This document shows, in pieces, positions 56,863 through 64,000 of a DNA stretch of 64,000 nt. The stretch is from positions 1-64,000 of the IMG/VR virus record IMGVR_UViG_3300046779_002349; one strand, written 5' to 3'. This DNA is from a virus. The translations under genes were made by a program, and so were the position numbers. Within the stretch, counting starts at the first letter, position 1. Each line of letters begins with the position of its first letter. Under the pieces are notes generated by a model, which had not been told where the DNA came from, ran no database searches, and worked only from the letters and a program-made list of their open reading frames with translations.

Positions 56863-57564
56863 TTACATTATGTCATCCCTTTTTACTGGATGACGTAATA
56901 GTGTATCGCTATGGCACGGTTCAATAGAGCTTCTACCAGGGTTAAACATAAGCGTGCCTGTGTGATATAGAGATGGCTTTCCTGGTCTGTTGATTAACCC
57001 GATACTAAGTCCAGCGCGCTTAATTGTGCTGGGGGCTGCTACTTCTGTGTAAATTTCTCTAGTTTCTTCGGCGGTGGTATCCCACACATGTATTGCAGCT
57101 TTAGATGCACGCATTATACAATTAAAGCTGCATACGTCATACCAGCTATCAAAATACGCCAATGCTGGATGATTAGGGTTGTCTTTTTTATGCATAAGCC
57201 TAGGCCAGATAGCATCTTCACTCTGGTCTAAAGTTTGAGTAAACAATCTCTCGAATGCTTGGTTAGGTCCGTCTACATCGGCTTCTATCATCCAGTAAAA
57301 CTCTGAATCTGGCAACAACTTAGAACACAAGGATAAGTGCATATGCATTCTAAACCATTCGTATATACCTCTATTATCGGATAACTCCGCATCTTTTGGT
57401 AGAAATTCTACAGGAATAGATACAGGAGTAGCTCCTTCCACACCAACATCTTCGGGAGTACCATACAAAAAAGGTATACCTAGTTTCGCGCATATGCTGG
57501 CTATCCTTTTTGCTCTGTTAGGATAGCCAGCTGAGTCAAAATAAATTACTGACTGCTTATACAT
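56863..57564 (-). CDS. Putative GT-A glycosyltransferase-like protein
   Basis: FYWMIEADV (DxD-like), YTEVAAPST, terminal HPVK; start MYKQSV. Confidence 0.5.
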   Translation of the reverse strand: MYKQSVIYFDSAGYPNRAKRIASICAKLGIPFLYGTPEDVGVEGATPVSIPVEFLPKDAELSDNRGIYEWFRMHMHLSLCSKLLPDSEFYWMIEADVDGPNQAFERLFTQTLDQSEDAIWPRLMHKKDNPNHPALAYFDSWYDVCSFNCIMRASKAAIHVWDTTAEETREIYTEVAAPSTIKRAGLSIGLINRPGKPSLYHTGTLMFNPGRSSIEPCHSDTLLRHPVKRDDIM

Positions 57565-60043
57565 TAGTAAATGGTGGCCAAAAATTGTTAAAACCTTGTC
57601 CGCAAGAATCTTTATACGCCTCATGTCCGGAAGAAACAATTAAACCATCTTCCCACTCTATCTTCCAGGCTACATTACCGTCGCAGTCCAGTAGTGTTCT
57701 GCTACCACTAGCCCCGTTACCTTCGATAGTAAGTTTTCCTTCCTTTAAACCTACACGAACCTGCGGATCGTTTAGTCTTTCTTGAATCGTCAAATTACCT
57801 TCAGTCTTCGTACAACCGTACTCCCATTGCAGCAGGGGGACTGTAGTACCAGCTGGGGAATCCCTAAGGTTTATCTCCCCTGTACCACCATCAGTACACC
57901 CTACACCACCTCCTCCTCCACCTCCTCCGCTGCCATCTGGTGTCTTGTAGCACATTTTGGTTTGTGTTCCTGTGTCAGGATTTACGGGACCGCAGAATGC
58001 TGCAGAGCTGCTACATGTTTCTATGTTTTGACCAGGATACTGAGCTACCATTTCGTAATAGTCCGCACACATGCAACCGGAAGGGCAGTCGTCCCCTTTG
58101 ATCTCCCAGCATTGATTTGTTTGCTCTCCTGTTACGGGGTCTGGTGTTCCGCATCCTGTAGAAACTCCACCACAAGCTGCAATCTCTTTACCAGGGTTCT
58201 GGGCTTGCAGGAATGCGTAGTCACCGCATACGCACGGCTCCTCGCATTCAGTTGTTGGTGGGGGTGGAGGAGGATTGTTGTCATCCGATTTTCCTAGGCA
58301 GAATTTAGGGATGTCGGGAATGCCTTTGTCTGGGTCTCCTACGATAACGCCGCATTGATTCCCTGGATTGTCTGGATCATCTATTAACTTTTCACAGGAT
58401 TTTACATTATCTTTCCCGAATAAGGCTTCTGCTTGTTCCCTAGTAAGGCACATGCAGCCGTCCGCGCAAGGTGAATCTCCTCCTCCGCCTCCCCCGCCAC
58501 CCCCATTACCCTCATCTTCCGGTTTGACTACTCCACAGAAAAAGAACGTCTCTGATTTTTGACCGTTGCATGGATTTGTATTTACAACAATACCGCAAGG
58601 GGTTCCTGATGTTGGTTGATCTGTGGCGGCTAGGTAATCGTCGCTCAGGCAGGTTTGTCCTGCGGGGCATGACGTTACAATGGGGCACTCGCCTCTTAGT
58701 TCTATAGCTTTTTCGTTAGCGTCAAGTTTACTCTCTTCGCTAAAAATAACTCCAGGTTCGACAGCACACCCTTTGGGGGTATTGGGGTTAGGAGGGCAGC
58801 CGCTTGGGTCTTGCGGTTGAGTCGTGTCTATTTCTGGACATGGAGCTATACAATCGTTTACCCAACCGCACACGAGTAAAGATAAGCATTCTTCTTTAGC
58901 TAACTCATTAGCCTCTTCCTCTGTTTCCCCCTCAAATAAACCCGCAGGAATCTCTGCCTCAAATCCTGGATATTCAGTTGAGTCATATGTAGGATCTAAG
59001 TCTTTACATGAGCATGAAGTCTTGTTGTTTACAAACACACAGTTTTCTTCATTGGAAAGTATATCCTCAATAATTGCCTGTAGATCTTCTGGTGTAGTAG
59101 CACATACAGCTCCAGCGGCTAGAACGAAGTCTGGAGTTATTGACCCCGCTGGACATTTTACTATCTGAGGTTCGTTGCAAATAAGGCAGACCAATTCAGA
59201 TTCAGCCTGAGCGAGAGCTAGAGCGTTTGCGGCCTCCTTAGTCTTGGCGAAATAAGTTCTTTCTTCGATGAAAGAAGGTTCTCCAGTTAATCCTGCTGGG
59301 CAGTAAGCGGACACAGGATCGTTTCCGACAAGGCATAAATTTTCCAATGAGCGTAAAGCCACCTCTCTAGCTAAGCTATTAGCATCTTGAACGGATATGG
59401 TGCTGCTAACTAGTCCTGAGGAAATTGTTACACAGGAATCTTGTTCTCTTTCGGTAATAAAAGAATCTTCTGGGCAGCAAACTACTATTTCTTCGTTGTA
59501 ATACGTACATAGAAGAATCCCAATACTTGCTTGCTCGACTGTTGTAATCAGGGTGCTCAGCCCTTCCATAACAACATCAGTCAAATATTGCTCCTGTGAG
59601 GAGTCTAGGCCTAAGGTTTGTATAATCTCTAAATTACCGTCTGATAGCGTATTGTTAATCGTTCCTTGATCTAGATTCGCAATAAAGTAAAGCTGATCAG
59701 TAGTTATATTCGGTATATCCTCATAGCTGATATTATAAAAATACTCTCCGTAAGGAATATTAGCACTAGCAATTGGAAATCCAGGTTGAGGGTTTGGGCA
59801 AGTAACCGTTTGTTCTGGACTGAACAAAACAATACCAGGAGGTCTCGTAACCGATACCCTGATCTCTGTTGGTTCTTGAGGTCTGAAGAATGTACCTTCT
59901 TCTGGAATAAACTCCGCTGCCTGAAATACTCTACCAGTACCGCAGCTTTCTTCTCTTTCTCTACCTGTCTGCCAATTTTTAATTGCGTTTGGCGTCTGGC
60001 AAAAAACTATTCTTCTTTTATCTCTGTCTTGTTGTGATGGCAT
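57557..60043 (-). CDS. Cys-rich repetitive virion/tail protein (DUF5977-like repeats plus CxxxCxC repeats)
   Basis: STISVQDANSLA / KTKEAANALA / ETEEEANELA / ESKLDANEKA repeats; poly-G and poly-P linkers. Confidence 0.55.
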   Translation of the reverse strand: MPSQQDRDKRRIVFCQTPNAIKNWQTGREREESCGTGRVFQAAEFIPEEGTFFRPQEPTEIRVSVTRPPGIVLFSPEQTVTCPNPQPGFPIASANIPYGEYFYNISYEDIPNITTDQLYFIANLDQGTINNTLSDGNLEIIQTLGLDSSQEQYLTDVVMEGLSTLITTVEQASIGILLCTYYNEEIVVCCPEDSFITEREQDSCVTISSGLVSSTISVQDANSLAREVALRSLENLCLVGNDPVSAYCPAGLTGEPSFIEERTYFAKTKEAANALALAQAESELVCLICNEPQIVKCPAGSITPDFVLAAGAVCATTPEDLQAIIEDILSNEENCVFVNNKTSCSCKDLDPTYDSTEYPGFEAEIPAGLFEGETEEEANELAKEECLSLLVCGWVNDCIAPCPEIDTTQPQDPSGCPPNPNTPKGCAVEPGVIFSEESKLDANEKAIELRGECPIVTSCPAGQTCLSDDYLAATDQPTSGTPCGIVVNTNPCNGQKSETFFFCGVVKPEDEGNGGGGGGGGGDSPCADGCMCLTREQAEALFGKDNVKSCEKLIDDPDNPGNQCGVIVGDPDKGIPDIPKFCLGKSDDNNPPPPPPTTECEEPCVCGDYAFLQAQNPGKEIAACGGVSTGCGTPDPVTGEQTNQCWEIKGDDCPSGCMCADYYEMVAQYPGQNIETCSSSAAFCGPVNPDTGTQTKMCYKTPDGSGGGGGGGGVGCTDGGTGEINLRDSPAGTTVPLLQWEYGCTKTEGNLTIQERLNDPQVRVGLKEGKLTIEGNGASGSRTLLDCDGNVAWKIEWEDGLIVSSGHEAYKDSCGQGFNNFWPPFTNV

Positions 60044-61518
60044 TATTCAGGAAGTTGGAATCCACTAAATGTTACAGCATGAAATGTCATCGCTGTACGA
60101 GCGTCTAAAGCGGAGCTAAGACTGCTGATATTATGCGATACTGAGTACAAAAAGCCAGAAAAAAGTTCTTTTCCTTCTTCATCTGCAACTCTGTATCTAT
60201 TTCCTGGAATTACATTAAAATTTAATGTAGAAGAAGTTTCTACGACATAGTTCGCCAATGCTATATTTTTATATGTAGTTTTTCCGAACTCTTCTACAAT
60301 TTCAGAAACTGGACCTTGGATTTCGTTTTTAATCAGGTCGTTCAAATTCACAATAGAATCCTTACGGCGTGACAATTCTAAATCTCTAGAAGTATTTTTT
60401 GACTGAGTATTATATTCGTACAGAGTAGACGGTATCCATGAGGGTATGGACACTGGGAAATTATTTCCATTTATCTTAGGTGGGTTCTTTGGGAAAACTC
60501 CATAGGTGGGATTGTCTCCTAAAAATTCAAATACGTTTTCCTGATTTTTTTTATCCTTACGATTCAGCTTGCTGGGTTGTCCGGAAACAATTACCCGCTG
60601 TATCGGAAGCATGTTTAAACTAGAGCTGCTGAACGATGCGCCTACTAGACGGAGATCTGCAGTCTGAGCCTCGTCGACTTTATACCTGTGCGACTTAAAA
60701 TATCCGTATACAGAATCTCCTACAAACGGAGGTACGAAGAAAGATTGGAATTCCTCTCCTAACGCTACAAGAGAATAAAAGAATTGCCTATCAATACTAA
60801 ATATTGTGCTCTTTAAAGCATTGAACACAGAGGTATTCAGTGTGCGTAGTGCGTCTGCTGTGAAATTACTAAAGCCGTTATAGGTCGGACCACCTAACCC
60901 CTCTGAGTCTACTAATATTCTTTCAATAATAGGGTACACCTCCATGTTCCTTTCGTGCAGCTCAAGCAAACTTTGCTTTGATACAGCATCATTAAACTTG
61001 GCGTTCTCCATTATTTTTGGGAAGTCCTCATGTCTCTTTTTGAGAAGAGCATTCAGCATAACAAACACATTGCTGTACTGCTTACCAATCAACTCCGGTT
61101 TATCTCTATTTGTAGCGTAAGCCAGCGAATAAATGTGCGGTACATAACTATTTACTTGTTCTATCTCATGCACCATTTTTGCACCATTAGCGTAGAAAGA
61201 GGAATACACTCTTCTAGTAGGACCTAGTACATTTCCAGAAAATGCGTGCCAGTTTTCAGATCCGTTTGCTCCGGTTACACTCACCCTTGCCGTGAGTTTA
61301 TTCCCTTCCCCAGCAAAAGCTAGTTTTTGAAACTCCGCCATTTTAAGAGCCTCTTCTCCCACGAGTACTGGTTTCGCAGTTTCTCCACTATCTTGATGTA
61401 AATTTATTTGAGCCGTGGGTATTTCGCCAACGGTGTAAGACAGTGTTATACCGTCTATTGTGGCATCTTCTAAACCAGCTCCTGATACGCTTACATTTAC
61501 TTGTTCTAAATTAACCAT
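60043..61518 (-). CDS. Putative baseplate hub / tail protein
   Basis: SYTVGEIPTAQI, FNVIPGNRY, FSGFLYSVSHNI; downstream of the tape-measure candidate. Confidence 0.5.
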   Translation of the reverse strand: MVNLEQVNVSVSGAGLEDATIDGITLSYTVGEIPTAQINLHQDSGETAKPVLVGEEALKMAEFQKLAFAGEGNKLTARVSVTGANGSENWHAFSGNVLGPTRRVYSSFYANGAKMVHEIEQVNSYVPHIYSLAYATNRDKPELIGKQYSNVFVMLNALLKKRHEDFPKIMENAKFNDAVSKQSLLELHERNMEVYPIIERILVDSEGLGGPTYNGFSNFTADALRTLNTSVFNALKSTIFSIDRQFFYSLVALGEEFQSFFVPPFVGDSVYGYFKSHRYKVDEAQTADLRLVGASFSSSSLNMLPIQRVIVSGQPSKLNRKDKKNQENVFEFLGDNPTYGVFPKNPPKINGNNFPVSIPSWIPSTLYEYNTQSKNTSRDLELSRRKDSIVNLNDLIKNEIQGPVSEIVEEFGKTTYKNIALANYVVETSSTLNFNVIPGNRYRVADEEGKELFSGFLYSVSHNISSLSSALDARTAMTFHAVTFSGFQLPE

Positions 61519-62227
61519 TGTTCAATTGGGTATGTTTTCTACTGACAGCTAATGTAGCAACCGCTAATTTAGCTGTCAATTCAGGAAAACTAATAAATGT
61601 ATCGTGTAACCCAACATTATTAGCAATGCTCATGAACGCTAGAGAGTTTTTAAGTTTTTCTATAGTGTGGGAAAAAGGATAGCTGTTGGGGACTAGTGTT
61701 ACTGAGGCAGTAGACCCTGCTTGCCAGTTTCCTTGAATTTCTAAGTTAAAAACTAAAGAACTCAACTCTTCTGGAAATTGTACACTTAACGTACTCCTAT
61801 TTAATTCGCAGTCAACGACCCAAGATTCTCCATCTAGGCTTAGTTTAACTTTATTATTGGGCTCGTAGGAAAAAACTAGTGTACTGTCAGAGATAACTCT
61901 ATGAGGACGAAACTCTACGGAAAATCTATTAAACGCAGGGAGTAGTTTAGCTCCTGTGGCTACGATCTCTGACTTCTTGTAGGTAGCAATAAACTCTATA
62001 AGGTTTTCCTGTTTGATTTCTTTTAAAATTTCGGGATACGCATTAACGCAAGTCAAAGCTGTTTGCAGGCCGAAATCATAAGCGGAATTTGTAAGCCCTA
62101 TAATGTTACGTACTTCGTCTAATTCTTCTGAAGTTTTGTAATGAGTTAAATCCGCCAATACATGGTTAGCCACTACTGGGTTATAACAATTAGTCGTATT
62201 TGGAATTAATGTTTTAATAAAACTCAT
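61511..62227 (-). CDS. Hypothetical tail-module protein
   Basis: 238 aa; coupled to its neighbours. Confidence 0.55.
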   Translation of the reverse strand: MSFIKTLIPNTTNCYNPVVANHVLADLTHYKTSEELDEVRNIIGLTNSAYDFGLQTALTCVNAYPEILKEIKQENLIEFIATYKKSEIVATGAKLLPAFNRFSVEFRPHRVISDSTLVFSYEPNNKVKLSLDGESWVVDCELNRSTLSVQFPEELSSLVFNLEIQGNWQAGSTASVTLVPNSYPFSHTIEKLKNSLAFMSIANNVGLHDTFISFPELTAKLAVATLAVSRKHTQLNNG

Positions 62228-62667
62228 GCTTTTAGTCCTATGATGGTAAAAGGTACAATATTATATTGAGGAGACGCTTCCGCCACACTCAATCCTACTA
62301 CAAAAACAGAAATCGCTTCTTCCCCTATACTTACACTAATTGGAGTAGCTCCTTTTTTATTTCCTACACTATTAGTCTCGTACCACTGTTTTAATGAAGA
62401 TAAATTTTGGTTTCCTGCTCCATCAGCGCCTAGACAAATTAGTCCACTAAGTCCTACTTGCCCAAAATCTGTTCCAAAAGAATATAGAATTTTCGTATTA
62501 CTCAAAGTTGTAATTGGTAATACTAAATCTCTTTCTGTAACAGTGGGAGAAGTAAGCAATACAGGGGCTCCTTGAACGCCTCTCGGAAATCCACTAATAT
62601 CGAAAGCACCACCGTTTCCAGTTCCTACTTTTACAACACAACCTCTAGATTTTATAAAGTTAATCAT
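62224..62667 (-). CDS. Putative tail-tube-initiator-like protein
   Basis: LYSFGTDFGQVGLSG; follows the tape-measure candidate. Confidence 0.4.
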   Translation of the reverse strand: MINFIKSRGCVVKVGTGNGGAFDISGFPRGVQGAPVLLTSPTVTERDLVLPITTLSNTKILYSFGTDFGQVGLSGLICLGADGAGNQNLSSLKQWYETNSVGNKKGATPISVSIGEEAISVFVVGLSVAEASPQYNIVPFTIIGLKA

Positions 62668-62669
62668 TG

Positions 62670-64000
62670 TTATTCACTTACTCGTCTTACATCCATAACC
62701 TCTACACGCATGTAACCAATAGTGTTGTTTCCTCCCATACCGCCAACTCCATTATTACTCAAATTCTGCAGTGAGGCAATAACTCTTTTCTCTTCGTCAG
62801 TACCTGTATAGTTTTGATCTGCCATTTTATTAAAAGCGTAACCAGCCAAAGTTTGTTTATCTTTAGCACTCATGTTGTCTTCTAGTTCATCTTTTACATT
62901 TTCCGACAGATTACCAAATCCAAGAGTCTCTCGCATACCTTGATAACGATCGTCTTCTAGGATGTCTTCGCCTATGGCTTCATAAACTTTAGCTGGGTCT
63001 CCTCCGGCTCTATCCAGAGAGTTTTTAAACTTATAAGCGTCTTTTTGTCGTCGCTCCCACCCACCTTCTCCTTGGTACCCCTCTCCTAAAAGGATATTAC
63101 CTCCAACATTTACCCTTTTTCCATTGCTGAACTCATCCCGCAATACTCTTTTAGCGGCTTCTTGAGTAAGATATCCATCTTTAAAGTCACCTTCTTTAAA
63201 GCCCATATTTGTGCGAATAGCATTAGCTGCCTCTTGGTTAAGGAAATCCATGCCTTCTTTCATTTGTTTTTCTGAAACTACAGTACCTCTACCATCTTTG
63301 ACTCCTAGAGTACCTCCTTGAGTTTCCATGTAGTCTCTGAACGCCCCAAAGTTTCCTGGAGAGTTTAAAATGTCCTCCAATATTTTCGGATCCTTACCTC
63401 CATAATTCTTTAGAATGTTTTCCCTTTGTTTTGCGTCAAGTACAACCGAGCCTGTAGCCGCATCGACAGTAAACAAAGGATCTTTGATCTCACTGAGCAT
63501 TTTATACTCCATTACGTCCTTCTCAGTAGCCTGTCTCGTATTGTTAAGTAGCATTTCTGCGCCTAACTGTAGCAAGCTTTTGTGCGAACTCATATTACTT
63601 CTGCCGCTACCGTACTCAGCTTCCTTGATGGCATTCTTAGCCATCTCAGTTTGTCTTTGTCTTGCCAAATAAGAACCCTCGTAAGCGTTGCCTGCTGAGT
63701 CATCCATAATAACCTGTGTTAGGGCACTGAGGCTTTCTTTGTTGGTTTCTACGAATGTGGATAGTTTGCTGGTGTCAATACCTGCATCCGCAAGAGCCTG
63801 CATCTTGTCTTTATCTTTCAAGATACCCTCTCGCATTGTCGGATCATTACCAAAAAGCTGCGCCATGTCCTGGGCTCCAAGAACTTTGGCCATTTTCAAG
63901 TAATCTGATTTTACGGCTGAGTCAATACCTTCTCTGCGCATAGTATGACTCTCCCAAGATCTAAACACTGTTTCAGAGGCATAAGCTGCTTGATCTCTCA
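62670..64000 (-). CDS. C-terminal part of a long helical protein, probably the tape measure (5' end outside the window)
   Basis: Frame open to the window edge; helical A/G/K/D-rich; precedes tail and baseplate genes. Confidence 0.45.
   Translation of the reverse strand, partial: RDQAAYASETVFRSWESHTMRREGIDSAVKSDYLKMAKVLGAQDMAQLFGNDPTMREGILKDKDKMQALADAGIDTSKLSTFVETNKESLSALTQVIMDDSAGNAYEGSYLARQRQTEMAKNAIKEAEYGSGRSNMSSHKSLLQLGAEMLLNNTRQATEKDVMEYKMLSEIKDPLFTVDAATGSVVLDAKQRENILKNYGGKDPKILEDILNSPGNFGAFRDYMETQGGTLGVKDGRGTVVSEKQMKEGMDFLNQEAANAIRTNMGFKEGDFKDGYLTQEAAKRVLRDEFSNGKRVNVGGNILLGEGYQGEGGWERRQKDAYKFKNSLDRAGGDPAKVYEAIGEDILEDDRYQGMRETLGFGNLSENVKDELEDNMSAKDKQTLAGYAFNKMADQNYTGTDEEKRVIASLQNLSNNGVGGMGGNNTIGYMRVEVMDVRRVSE

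Noticed and set aside
57900-58510. CCT/CCA/CCG microsatellite-like runs
   Set aside because: They simply encode poly-Gly and poly-Pro linkers of the Cys-rich protein.
900-63943. Numerous short plus-strand and nested ORFs in the track
   Set aside because: They are antisense or out-of-frame shadows of longer motif-bearing genes.
1-64000. Stop-codon reassignment (alternative genetic code)
   Set aside because: Conserved genes are full length in the standard code; TAG ends the terminase, helicase and vWA genes at sensible positions, and TGA is used in many ATGA overlaps.

Overview
64 kb of an AT-rich, very large tailed dsDNA phage (jumbo or huge-phage-like; host unknown), read in the standard genetic code with almost all genes on the minus strand. 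From left to right: (i) a head/virion module with a probable portal, Gly/Ala-rich proteins carrying repeated K-x-A motifs, and two adjacent fragments of a bacterial-type RNA polymerase beta subunit, one with a mini-intein; (ii) a replication/recombination module with RecQ, RecA, MazG-like, a UDG-fused PolA split by an ORF-less group I intron, TOPRIM primase, DnaB-like and SF2 helicases, and SbcCD; (iii) two tandem paralogue arrays sharing a C-terminal ...I(T/I)L tail, beside a DEDD exonuclease, a cyclic-phosphate receiver protein and a solo RAMP/Cas7-like gene; (iv) a large terminase on the plus strand; (v) a ~1.9 kb non-coding RNA island; (vi) a baseplate/tail module containing a sigma-70-like factor. 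The best candidate for an undescribed system is the RNA island and the gene upstream of it. A DUF2828-type TROVE/Ro60-like vWA gene (44343-45989) is followed by nine ~50-70 nt hairpin units with covarying stems and an invariant CAGCAA, then two tRNAs and several structured tRNA-like RNAs. All protein calls are from motif recognition by eye; no database searches were run.
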